A model generated the notes under the pieces. That model was not told the DNA's origin and did not search any database. It saw only the letters and a list, made by a program, of their open reading frames with translations. From a virus (taxonomy: Duplodnaviria > Caudoviricetes), in IMG/VR virus record IMGVR_UViG_3300037295_000263, positions 128,001 through 192,000 of that record: 64,000 nt of DNA; one strand, written 5' to 3'. Below are positions 40,399-49,703 of this stretch, one piece after another; positions within the stretch are counted from its first letter, which is position 1; every line of letters begins with the position of its first letter. The position numbers and the translations under genes are program-made.

Positions 40399-41569
40399 CG
40401 CTAAAATATTAAATTTTGAATTATTGTACTTAAATGAGAATAACTACTCAGATCAAAAAATTGCTGATGTTAATTTTAGATTAGTATCTGCTGATATTAA
40501 AAATGCAGCAAAGGAAGGTTGCGATACAATATTTGGATTGTTATTGCTAGATGGATTTTTATATAAAAACAATACATTGTTTTTTGATTGGTTACGATCT
40601 ATAGAAAAATTATGCTATCAAGAAAATATACATAATCTTATATTAGTTCCAGGGATGTGTGAAGATTTTAAAAATGTATTAGAACAACAGGAAATAACTG
40701 CCAATATAGAATTTTTTGATTTTACACACAGAATGGTGTACAATAGTTATTGTAATAAACTTGATACATTGCCTCGCTGGAATAAAGATGCAACAGATTT
40801 TCTTTTTCTGGGCGGAATTCCTTCTAGGCCGAATAGGATCAGGTTACTATCAAAATTTTATCAAAAGACAGGATTAAAAAATTGCAAGTGGAGTTTTTTT
40901 AAACCGGTGTCCGATGAAGATAAATCCATTTGTAGATTGCTAATGAAAGATTTTTCCAATGAAGAATATCGAGATTTCGTTGATAGTTGCGAAAACTCTG
41001 TCGATGACTTATATATCGAAACGCAAGAGTATTCACGGCTGACCGGCCCTGATATTATAAAAACTAATATATACAGTAAACCTTGGCTTAAAGACCCGGT
41101 GTGGATAGATACTTCAATATTTGAAAATACTAAATTCAGTATCGTGTCAGAGGGCAACGCTTATCCTCCTGCAACTAGTTATAAATTCCTTACAGAAAAA
41201 ACATGGAGAGCTGTTGCAAATCGGCATCCTTTTATCATAGCAGGTCATGCAGATCAAATATATTATGCACATCGGCGTGGCTTATGCACCTTTGAAAATT
41301 ATATGGACTCGGATTTTTATAATTCCCCTGAAGAAGAAAAGTTTGATGCAATTGTACGCAATGCAACGGAATGGCTCGATAATTTAAACTTCCATGAAGT
41401 CAACAACGATGTAGAAAAGAATTATCAAAGATTTTTAGAAATTGCTCAAGAGCAAAATTATTGGCTACAAACGTTAAACGAAGAATATCAAGTACCACTT
41501 GTAGAAATTAATAAATGGTTTAACCAGCTAGGATTTTCTCATTTAATAAGAGTGCCCGATGGATTCTAA
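40373..41569 (+). CDS. Glycosyltransferase-like protein (GT10/GT-B-like C-terminal LTEK motif)
   Basis: KFSIVSE...FLTEKTW...HPFII; paralog of 62207-63397. Confidence 0.45.
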   Translation: MKKILPVPNAKILNFELLYLNENNYSDQKIADVNFRLVSADIKNAAKEGCDTIFGLLLLDGFLYKNNTLFFDWLRSIEKLCYQENIHNLILVPGMCEDFKNVLEQQEITANIEFFDFTHRMVYNSYCNKLDTLPRWNKDATDFLFLGGIPSRPNRIRLLSKFYQKTGLKNCKWSFFKPVSDEDKSICRLLMKDFSNEEYRDFVDSCENSVDDLYIETQEYSRLTGPDIIKTNIYSKPWLKDPVWIDTSIFENTKFSIVSEGNAYPPATSYKFLTEKTWRAVANRHPFIIAGHADQIYYAHRRGLCTFENYMDSDFYNSPEEEKFDAIVRNATEWLDNLNFHEVNNDVEKNYQRFLEIAQEQNYWLQTLNEEYQVPLVEINKWFNQLGFSHLIRVPDGF

Positions 41570-42482
41570 ATGTGCAGCATTTTGGCATCATACTAATATT
41601 CGAAGCGACAATCGAATCTTTCCATGTTGCCGATTTAAAGAACCTGTTGCTACATTCCATGGGACTGTAGATAATATTTTGCTACTACCCGAGTACGTGC
41701 AGTTAAGGAAACAAAGCTCTGAAGGCGAATATATATCTAGTTGCCAAAAATGCTACAAAGAAGAATCGCAAGGCAAACAAAGCCTGCGTCAAGTGTTTAA
41801 CAAAGAATACAATACAGATACTGTTAGTTTAGAATATTTAGAAATTGGATTTGATAATATATGCAATTTAACTTGCGATGGTTGTTGGGAGGAATTTAGT
41901 TCGGAATGGGGCAAAAAACTTATGGTAGTAAAATCAAAAATTGTTAAGTCTACTGCCGAATTTACACAAATTTCTGATACTATTTCCAAAGTACTATTCT
42001 TAGGTGGCGAGCCTTTAATGACTACTCGACACCAAAAGTTTTTAGAATCATTTAACGATTTATCAAAATTAACGGTAATATACAATACTAACGGAACATT
42101 TTTGCTAGATGACAAAACTATAAATATTCTTAATCAGTGTAAGTCTGCAGAATTTATTGTAAGTATAGACGGATATGCTGACCTTAATTCCCGAGTACGA
42201 CCAGGTAGTAATTGGAAGGATATCTTATTGTTAATAGATCAAATTAAGTCTCTACAATTTAAATTATCAGTACATTCAGTAATACATTTAAATAACTGGA
42301 AAGGATTAAAAGAGTTATCTAAATTTGTTAAATCGTTAGATGTAAACTGGACAGTGAATGTGCTTACGTATCCACATCGTCTTGATATTATTAATATAGA
42401 AAATAAACAAGAATTTATTAGTTTAATCGAAAGTATAGATGTTCCAACTAAAGAGTATATTATTGCACATGTTAAAATTTAA
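41559..42482 (+). CDS. Radical SAM protein with N-terminal twitch-like domain
   Basis: C...PCC...CQKC, CNLTCDGC, GGEP, YNTNG. Confidence 0.9.
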   Translation: MDSKCAAFWHHTNIRSDNRIFPCCRFKEPVATFHGTVDNILLLPEYVQLRKQSSEGEYISSCQKCYKEESQGKQSLRQVFNKEYNTDTVSLEYLEIGFDNICNLTCDGCWEEFSSEWGKKLMVVKSKIVKSTAEFTQISDTISKVLFLGGEPLMTTRHQKFLESFNDLSKLTVIYNTNGTFLLDDKTINILNQCKSAEFIVSIDGYADLNSRVRPGSNWKDILLLIDQIKSLQFKLSVHSVIHLNNWKGLKELSKFVKSLDVNWTVNVLTYPHRLDIINIENKQEFISLIESIDVPTKEYIIAHVKI

Positions 42483-43068
42483 AAACTACGTCGATCATCA
42501 AATTATAAATGATGCATTGTTTACTATCAAAAGCAGCGTCAAGGCCTTCGATTGGCGAGAACTTGGAAACTTGTTAAGGTTGGAAGAAAAAGATTTTTCT
42601 TCATTTTTATTTTCTTGGTTTTCTTTAAAAACCGATGACTCCGGATCATATTTCGAATCTAGCGGTAGCTTTCCTGAACTTGACCAAACTAACTGTTCGT
42701 TGCCTAGTTCTGAATTATTGTCGATAGATTTACAACTATTAGATGCTCCGCAATTTAAAGAATTAAAAGAACTAGTAAACAATATTAAAGGCGTAGATTA
42801 CGCAGGATTTATGTTTATGAGTCCTGGATCACATATACCTGCACACAACGACGGAGAAGTTAACAGTATAATAATAACATTAAACATAGAAGAAAATAAT
42901 GCAGATGCGTTTCTTAGAATTAATAAAGATCATTATTATTTTAGTAAATCAGAAATTTTTACATTCGATGCATCTATTCCACACGAAGCTAAGAATCTTT
43001 CAAAAACTGACTGGATTATGTTCGTGTTAAGAATAGAAAAAGAATATTTCACAAAGGAAGAATATTGA
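42469..43068 (+). CDS. AspH-like 2OG-Fe(II) oxygenase
   Basis: PAHND...FDASIPHEAKN. Confidence 0.8.
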   Translation: MLKFKNYVDHQIINDALFTIKSSVKAFDWRELGNLLRLEEKDFSSFLFSWFSLKTDDSGSYFESSGSFPELDQTNCSLPSSELLSIDLQLLDAPQFKELKELVNNIKGVDYAGFMFMSPGSHIPAHNDGEVNSIIITLNIEENNADAFLRINKDHYYFSKSEIFTFDASIPHEAKNLSKTDWIMFVLRIEKEYFTKEEY

Positions 43069-44120
43069 AAGTATTAACAAACAACCACTGGGACCCGTTA
43101 CAAGAAATTATTGTAGGGATTGCTGACTATGCAAGAGTTCCTACAGTAGACAGAAGCACAATGAGCATGAGTTATACAAATCATCCTATAGACTTAATCA
43201 AACCATTAGAGGGAGAGTATCCCAGATGGCTGATAGACGAAGCCAACGAAGACTTGCAAGGGTTAGTGGATGTGCTATCAAAAGCAGGAGTCATAGTGCA
43301 TAGACCTGCTGCTATAGACCATAGCGTAGAATTTAGTACTCCGGATTGGAAAACGACTGGATGGTATACATGGTGTCCGCGTGATTTATTATTACCTTTA
43401 AATAATTTAGTAATAGAGACTCCGAGTGCATGTCGCGCAAGACACTACGAAACTCGAGCATATAAACATATCATGTTAGAAGCAATTAACGATGGAGTCG
43501 AATGGATTGCAGCACCTAAACCTACGTTACTAGACAATAGCTATCAATTTGAAGATATTGACGGTAAGCCTAGCTTACTAAATTTAGAGCCTATTTTTGA
43601 TGCACCTAACTGTGTAAGAATGGGTAAAGATATATTGTTTCAAATTTCTAATACAGGAAATCACTGGGGATTAAAATGGCTACAAAATACATTAACCCCC
43701 CGGGGATACAATATACATCCTGCTGAACACATTTACAGCTACGGGCATTTTGATAGTACTATAGTGCCTTTACGTCCAGGGTTAGTGTTGCTGAACAGCA
43801 GCAGAGTAACTAAGGAAAATTGTCCTAAGATTTTTGAAAAATGGGATAAAATATGGTTTGACGACTGCATTTCTCAAGGAAGTAAAATTCCAGGAGGAGT
43901 AGCACCATGTAGTCCGTATATAGGTATGAATATATTAAGCATCGATCATAATACTGTTGTTGTAGATGATACACAGATTCCACTGATGCGAGAATTGGAA
44001 AAATATAATATCACTAGTGTTCCTATTAGATTTAGACACGCAATGACTCTAAGTGGTGGTATACATTGCACAACTTTGGATCTTCGTAGAAAAGGGTCGC
44101 TTGAAGATTATTTTTCATGA
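43065..44120 (+). CDS. Amidinotransferase (glycine/inosamine-phosphate amidinotransferase family)
   Basis: WDPLQEIIVG, CPRD, FDAP, HFDST, GGIHCTTLD. Confidence 0.92.
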   Translation: MKVLTNNHWDPLQEIIVGIADYARVPTVDRSTMSMSYTNHPIDLIKPLEGEYPRWLIDEANEDLQGLVDVLSKAGVIVHRPAAIDHSVEFSTPDWKTTGWYTWCPRDLLLPLNNLVIETPSACRARHYETRAYKHIMLEAINDGVEWIAAPKPTLLDNSYQFEDIDGKPSLLNLEPIFDAPNCVRMGKDILFQISNTGNHWGLKWLQNTLTPRGYNIHPAEHIYSYGHFDSTIVPLRPGLVLLNSSRVTKENCPKIFEKWDKIWFDDCISQGSKIPGGVAPCSPYIGMNILSIDHNTVVVDDTQIPLMRELEKYNITSVPIRFRHAMTLSGGIHCTTLDLRRKGSLEDYFS

Positions 44121-44614
44121 TACGATTTTTCGGAACTATCGAAGATTTTTGGTCAGCCGATTTAAAAAGCTATCAATTTGTAAATAGATATTCTGCAGGA
44201 CAACGATCTTCTTTTCATAAAAACTATTCAAATACAAACAATGATCTACTGCAAGGATTTGATAGCGAGCTACCAGTAAAAGGAAGATTATTCCTCCAGC
44301 AACTAAAGTTAACAATTGGAACAGTATCCTGGACATGCATTGAACCAGGTCAATCTATTCCAGTGCATACTGATGCATTTTATAAATTTAGAATAGAAAA
44401 CGATATCGACATCAGCCAGTGTATAAGATATTTAATATTTTTACAAGATTGGAGTTTTGGGCATGTAGTAGAATTTGAAGAGCTGTCACTTACTAAGTGG
44501 AAATGTGGCGACGTCTGGGTGTTTGATCACAATTCTAAACATTTTGCATCAAATGCAAGCAATACCGATTTTATAACATGTCAAGTGAATACAATAGTAA
44601 ATACTGGTACTTAA
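44117..44614 (+). CDS. 2OG-Fe(II) oxygenase
   Basis: PVHTD...KHFASN. Confidence 0.7.
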   Translation: MIRFFGTIEDFWSADLKSYQFVNRYSAGQRSSFHKNYSNTNNDLLQGFDSELPVKGRLFLQQLKLTIGTVSWTCIEPGQSIPVHTDAFYKFRIENDIDISQCIRYLIFLQDWSFGHVVEFEELSLTKWKCGDVWVFDHNSKHFASNASNTDFITCQVNTIVNTGT

Positions 44615-44625
44615 TAGGAATTATC

Positions 44626-45747
44626 ATGTCATTAGACGCTCTTCAGATTCACTGGGACAATCAAACACTAAATTATGATTTGGAAAAATATAACTGGCCG
44701 GCATGGGCACTATCGGTAATACAAGAAGTTGCACCGCAAGTAACAGAATTAGAAACATTGCATAATGTATTGACCCCTGTTGAAATTGTAAAAGTTAGTC
44801 AACATGTACAGAATGCCTGTAGTAGACTTGACTTTATGAAAAAGTTTGATGACTTTGTGCAAGGATTCGTTCCTGAAAGAATACAAAATAAAAGATATTT
44901 AATTCAGCGTCAAGGAACATTAAGAGTTGTTATTCCTAATCAGTCTAGCGTTGGCAGACGATTAGCGTTTCATCAAGGCATTTTCGTCGGTAATGGGCGA
45001 GGCTGCAGAACTATATGGACTCCATTTACTCAAGCTAAAGGCACCAACACTATGTGGATGATGGACCTTGATATTTCAAGAGAAATATCCAAGCGTGTGC
45101 TATCAGAAAAATGGAGTTTAGAAAAGTTCGAAGATGAATGTTTAAAATATGCATGGCCAGTTACGCTACAGCCAGGGCAAAGTCATTTATTTTTTCAAGA
45201 ACATATTCACGGCAATGTAGATAATAAAGAAAATTATACCCGAGTTAGTATGGATATGCGTATACTAATCGAAGGCGAAGAGTGGGGTAGAAGACTTCCT
45301 GGGGGATTTATGAGATTACCGGGAGATTATCAAGTTACAGAACAGTTAGACTACACCGGTAAAAAGTTTATTACATACGCAGGTTGGAATAGTCAGTTCA
45401 GTAAAGGAATCCCGCTGCCAATGCAACGTGCGATAATCGAACCTTATTGCCAGTCTAATAAAATTAATTATTCATCTTACGAGTTTGAAAATGAACACAT
45501 GGATTGGCAGCCTGGACTGGAACATTATATTAAAGAAAAACCTGACGGAATAGTATTGTGCAGCATGTACAGCTTAACTGACGACGCTGAAAGATGCTTA
45601 GAGTTGTTAAATCTCGCACTAGACAGTGGCGTTGAGCTACATTTTGCAAATGAGCTGTGTTCATTAAGAACAAAAGACGATTTAGAAAGAATTGTAACTT
45701 ATATAAACTTTGCGGTACCTAAAAAAGGTCCGCAAGTTTGGGAATAG
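44626..45747 (+). CDS. Two-domain protein: PhyH-like 2OG-Fe(II) domain with HxG motif plus C-terminal alpha/beta domain
   Basis: AFHQG...IWTPF...HIHGN...RVSMDMR; the C-terminal domain resembles the sporadic carbohydrate cluster protein family as I recall it. Confidence 0.7.
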   Translation: MSLDALQIHWDNQTLNYDLEKYNWPAWALSVIQEVAPQVTELETLHNVLTPVEIVKVSQHVQNACSRLDFMKKFDDFVQGFVPERIQNKRYLIQRQGTLRVVIPNQSSVGRRLAFHQGIFVGNGRGCRTIWTPFTQAKGTNTMWMMDLDISREISKRVLSEKWSLEKFEDECLKYAWPVTLQPGQSHLFFQEHIHGNVDNKENYTRVSMDMRILIEGEEWGRRLPGGFMRLPGDYQVTEQLDYTGKKFITYAGWNSQFSKGIPLPMQRAIIEPYCQSNKINYSSYEFENEHMDWQPGLEHYIKEKPDGIVLCSMYSLTDDAERCLELLNLALDSGVELHFANELCSLRTKDDLERIVTYINFAVPKKGPQVWE

Positions 45748-45751
45748 TTAT

Positions 45752-47023
45752 TTAAGGATTGATTGCGTACAACGGCATTGCGTATAGAGTTGATCCTACT
45801 TTTATTTTTACAAAAGCTGTAGGACCGCTGTTATTTACTTGTCCACTACCAGAACCAGCAACTACTAAATTTCGGTCATTAAGACTTATAATTTGATCTG
45901 ATCCAATTATAAGACCTGTTCGCATAACGCCTGTTGGGTCGTTAGTGTTTATTTCGAATCTTCCAGGAGTTGTACTAGTTTGATTGTTGCCGTCTACTGC
46001 AACTTGTATATCCGCAAGCATTGAAAAATTACTGCTGTTATCATATCCGCCCCATACAAAATTAAATACCCGCTGATTTGCTACTAACGGTCCAGGATTT
46101 TCAACAGTGTTAGATCCGGTAACAAATAATGATGAGTTAGCAATAGGAGTATTATTGGCGCTTTCTATGCTGAAAATATCATAGTCAACGTTAGGACTAT
46201 TATTAACAATCTTTATTCCAGCACCGTTGCCCAAAGTGGACAATACTAAGCTGGTCGATTTAATAGTATTGTTATCGACGTCGGCAAAGACGATTCCCGA
46301 TACTGCATCGACTAGAATAGTACTGGTTTGATCTAACACAGATCCAGTTAAGTCTCCGTATATTCCCCCTAGTGCAGTAATACTACTTTCACCAGAGTCT
46401 ACTATTCTATCTCCTGAGAAATCTAAAACATTTATATCGTAGCTTCCTCCAGGAATTACTCCACTTCCAGAATTAATAATTTCTCCACCGACTGTTGACC
46501 CAGTAGGCAAATTAATAGTAGAACCTGATGAATTAATTAATGCTGCATTAAGGTATATATTGTTACCTCGTAAATATAAATCTTTAAACCGATTGGTATT
46601 GTCGCCTAGATCGTAAGATGCATCCGAAAAAGGCACTATATTTGTACGAACGGTACCGTTTAATTGAAATGATTTTAATGTAGCATCGACTAGCAGATCA
46701 TTGTCGTAGGCAAACAGTGATCCTTTAAATCCTCCGGTTGCTGAAATAGATCCTGAAAAATCTGTTAAATCTACCGAAGCACTAATAGTTTTCCCTACTT
46801 CATCATACACAAAATCGATATTTGAATGAGTTCCTGTCTCGAACATCGAACCGCTAATATCCTTAACTGCGTCGTCGGATATGGAACCGGTAGTAATACC
46901 GCCGGGTGTTGAGTTATCTCCTATGTATAATAGGTTTTCTTCAGAATCGTATACTAGTTCTCCTGCAAGAGGAGTAATAGTTAGTCGTTCTGTAGTCGAT
47001 CCTCGTCTGATTTGTAATGGCAT
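45752..47023 (-). CDS. Tail fibre / receptor-binding-like virion protein
   Basis: MPLQIRRG...GELVYD...YIGD...GG N-terminus typical of Mtd-N-like fibre anchors; TAAATA upstream. Confidence 0.7.
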   Translation of the reverse strand: MPLQIRRGSTTERLTITPLAGELVYDSEENLLYIGDNSTPGGITTGSISDDAVKDISGSMFETGTHSNIDFVYDEVGKTISASVDLTDFSGSISATGGFKGSLFAYDNDLLVDATLKSFQLNGTVRTNIVPFSDASYDLGDNTNRFKDLYLRGNNIYLNAALINSSGSTINLPTGSTVGGEIINSGSGVIPGGSYDINVLDFSGDRIVDSGESSITALGGIYGDLTGSVLDQTSTILVDAVSGIVFADVDNNTIKSTSLVLSTLGNGAGIKIVNNSPNVDYDIFSIESANNTPIANSSLFVTGSNTVENPGPLVANQRVFNFVWGGYDNSSNFSMLADIQVAVDGNNQTSTTPGRFEINTNDPTGVMRTGLIIGSDQIISLNDRNLVVAGSGSGQVNNSGPTAFVKIKVGSTLYAMPLYAINP

Positions 47024-47091
47024 ATATAAACTCCAGGAATTATAATAATATTATTTATGCCATTATTGACCAAAAATCTAAATAAAGATGA

Positions 47092-47703
47092 TTAATCGGC
47101 ACAGTTGTTTAAATTTTTTGTGTTTTTAAACCCTGCAACGCCGCCTTGATCGATGATTTTTTGTACTACTTCCTCTAAGAGAATAGGAGCAAACCCAATA
47201 TGTTCTACACATGCACACCAATATCTGGGATCAATTTCTGTCGAATACTGTATTTCTCCAGTAAGTGCGTCTATACCGGATGGCTTGCATACGCGATTAG
47301 AGTGAAGATGGCCATGTATGTTACAGCCGAATCTTCCAAGACTATCTTCGTGTACCGGAATATGACTTAAAATCATACCGTTTATAACATGGTATGCACG
47401 AAGTTCTCTAAAATATTTTCTGTAGTCAGTATCTTGAAAAATATCATGGTTTCCGCGAATTAGTACTTTGTCACCATTAAGTCTAGCTATAGTAGGCAAA
47501 GCTTTGCGGTTAATCACTACATCACCTAAGTGATAAACTTTATCGGAAGGTTTGACTCTCTGATTCCACAATTCTACCATGGCTTCATCCATCTCGTCAG
47601 CATTATCCCAGGGACGGAGTTTAGTTATACCGTCATTCCTTGTAAATTGGCAAACGCCTGTATGTCCAAAGTGTGTATCGCTAACTAACCATACTGATGG
47701 CAT
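47092..47703 (-). CDS. Calcineurin-like metallophosphoesterase
   Basis: SDTHFGH, HLGD, GNHD, HGHLH. Confidence 0.9.
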   Translation of the reverse strand: MPSVWLVSDTHFGHTGVCQFTRNDGITKLRPWDNADEMDEAMVELWNQRVKPSDKVYHLGDVVINRKALPTIARLNGDKVLIRGNHDIFQDTDYRKYFRELRAYHVINGMILSHIPVHEDSLGRFGCNIHGHLHSNRVCKPSGIDALTGEIQYSTEIDPRYWCACVEHIGFAPILLEEVVQKIIDQGGVAGFKNTKNLNNCAD

Positions 47704-47733
47704 TTTTTCTCCGTAATTTTATTATATAAATTA

Positions 47734-47762
47734 ATTATACACGAGTTTATGTAACTTGTAAA
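47734..47762 (-). promoter_or_regulatory. Sigma70-type promoter TTTACA-17-TATAAT
   Basis: Read directly. Confidence 0.6.
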
Positions 47763-47770
47763 ATACAGAG

Positions 47771-47968
47771 TCAATTGTATTTTAATAAAAAGAATGTTTC
47801 ATCATTAGCAGATTCGAATTTTAATTTCATCGTAAATGTGAGAGTTTTGCTATTAAAGTGATGTACTACTGTGTAATTTCCAGGAAAATTCTCTTGCATC
47901 GCGTTATGCGCTTTGCTTTCTAAACTTTCCGGAGTGGGCGTGTTACTGTCAAAGATTATCATGTTCAT
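47771..47968 (-). CDS. Small hypothetical protein (C-terminal FLLKY motif)
   Basis: 65 aa; C-terminal motif shared with neighbour. Confidence 0.65.
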   Translation of the reverse strand: MNMIIFDSNTPTPESLESKAHNAMQENFPGNYTVVHHFNSKTLTFTMKLKFESANDETFFLLKYN

Positions 47969-48020
47969 TCCGTCTAAATATTATTGCCAACCTTTTGTTG
48001 GATTTGCTCTTAGAAACATC

Positions 48021-48221
48021 TTAACTCCACTTTAATAAAAATATAATACTGTGATTAGCGTCTTTAAAATAATAGTCTATCTTGTCAGAATGATATATTA
48101 CAGACCACTCTTTACCTCTATACCCTACTTTCTGAGTTAGCCACAATTCTCTGCTGTTATCGTTTACGGTATCTATCCTAGCTTTACCCGGCCACAGAGT
48201 GCGATTTAGTTCTCGAGTCAT
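48021..48221 (-). CDS. Small hypothetical protein (C-terminal FLLKW motif)
   Basis: 66 aa. Confidence 0.65.
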   Translation of the reverse strand: MTRELNRTLWPGKARIDTVNDNSRELWLTQKVGYRGKEWSVIYHSDKIDYYFKDANHSIIFLLKWS

Positions 48222-48258
48222 TATGTTTACTTTAATAAAAATAGCACTTACGTGACAA

Positions 48259-48480
48259 TTACCAGTTTTCTGAGCCTGAAACTTCTACTTCAAAGTTCCC
48301 AATAATCCCGTTGACTTCTGTTTGAAGTCGCATAATAACTGTTGATCCGATGCCGCTACTTGAATCTTGTATTAATTCTACTGAGGTACTTTCTGGAAAT
48401 TGTTTTAATACTTTCATAATTTTTTCTATTTCATGTATATTTAATTTCACTTTATTCACCTGTTTGTTGTCTGCGTTCAC
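48259..48480 (-). CDS. Hypothetical protein
   Basis: 73 aa, packed. Confidence 0.65.
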   Translation of the reverse strand: MNADNKQVNKVKLNIHEIEKIMKVLKQFPESTSVELIQDSSSGIGSTVIMRLQTEVNGIIGNFEVEVSGSENW

Positions 48481-49009
48481 GTCTGGCTGCTGCTAAAGCA
48501 AATACTTTTTCATTGTTAGTTTCCCACTCTATTTGTTGAGCTGGTACAGTAACGCCACTAGCAGTTTCATACCCATTAAATGAATGTTGTTCTTGTTCAT
48601 CATACAACCATCCTAGTTCCTTCATCATCAGGTGTTTGACCATTAAATTGGGACTGCGAAATATGCCTGTGTCCTCAAAGCCCAACATAACTCCAACTTC
48701 GCATACAGCACCTGATCTACAAATACCTGCATGGCAATGGACAATGACGTTTTTACCATCACGTAGTGCATATTGTAAAACGGTGACTAAATTTTTAGCA
48801 TCCTTTTCTTTGACTTTATCAGATTCCGGATTAGGATCTTTAACTTCAGCATCTAGGAATTTGAATTGATAAATTTGCTCAAATTGATGCGTGGGTATTG
48901 GGAATTCAGTATCGGGATCAACAATTTGAATTAGTATTGAATTGACACCTGGATCAACGTGAGTTCCATTCTTTACTGCTGACAACGAAACGTTTTGTAT
49001 AAATGGCAT
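48452..49009 (-). CDS. Cys-based (PTP/dual-specificity) phosphatase-like protein
   Basis: VIVHCHAGICRSGA (HCxxGxxRS). Confidence 0.85.
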   Translation of the reverse strand: MPFIQNVSLSAVKNGTHVDPGVNSILIQIVDPDTEFPIPTHQFEQIYQFKFLDAEVKDPNPESDKVKEKDAKNLVTVLQYALRDGKNVIVHCHAGICRSGAVCEVGVMLGFEDTGIFRSPNLMVKHLMMKELGWLYDEQEQHSFNGYETASGVTVPAQQIEWETNNEKVFALAAARRERRQQTGE

Positions 49010-49017
49010 ATTATTCC

Positions 49018-49239
49018 TCAATAATCACTTTCGTATTCTTCTGTGTAGCCTTCGCTCATGTCAATAATGTTACTGAGGTTATTAGCGCCACGACGAATGT
49101 AACTGTTGCCGCCATCTGTGAATATCTCTCCACATTTACAATGTACCATATCATGGCGATAGGTACTAGTAATAATGTCTTCACATAATTTACATTGGCA
49201 GCGATTAAGTGTTACAACTACTCTAGTTCTTGTAGGCAT
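49018..49239 (-). CDS. Small zinc-binding protein
   Basis: CKLC...HD...CKCG...DGG. Confidence 0.75.
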   Translation of the reverse strand: MPTRTRVVVTLNRCQCKLCEDIITSTYRHDMVHCKCGEIFTDGGNSYIRRGANNLSNIIDMSEGYTEEYESDY

Positions 49240-49496
49240 TAGTTTTCCTTTTTTAACAAATACATGGTTACCATAGCAGGATCTGCTTTAACTAAATCTT
49301 TTGCATATTTATTGACATTGCTATTACCCCATTTTCTCTTACTATCGAGACTATTGATGGTCACCATCTTAGCTGTAAATTTAACTATTGTGCCTACATC
49401 GAGTCCTTTATTAAAACCAACAAATAGTACACAATCTTCAACTGCTAACAGTGTTCCAAATTTGTCATATTTCGAAGAAGGCAGTTTTTTAGCCAT
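49239..49496 (-). CDS. Hypothetical protein (KOW/SH3-like pattern)
   Basis: DKFGTLLAVEDCV...GTIVKFT. Confidence 0.65.
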   Translation of the reverse strand: MAKKLPSSKYDKFGTLLAVEDCVLFVGFNKGLDVGTIVKFTAKMVTINSLDSKRKWGNSNVNKYAKDLVKADPAMVTMYLLKKEN

Positions 49497-49691
49497 TTAT
49501 AAAAAGTCTTTTAAATTTGCCAGTTGCTGCTGACTTAAAATTATTTCAAATTGTGTTTGTGCAGATCCGTCACGTCTTGCGTGGTCCCACACCGTTGTAA
49601 ATTTTAATAATTTATATCCCGGCGGATGCGCGGCTGGACTCACTTCGACAATATGTTTAAAGCCATCGTTATTATTTAATACCATTTCCAT
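49497..49691 (-). CDS. Hypothetical protein
   Basis: 64 aa, packed. Confidence 0.65.
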   Translation of the reverse strand: MEMVLNNNDGFKHIVEVSPAAHPPGYKLLKFTTVWDHARRDGSAQTQFEIILSQQQLANLKDFL

Positions 49692-49703
49692 GTTTGTTCC
49701 TAA

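Noticed and set aside
47975-48019. 12-aa ORF MFLRANPTKGWQ
   Set aside because: Too short; may be a C-terminal remnant of the neighbouring small-gene family.
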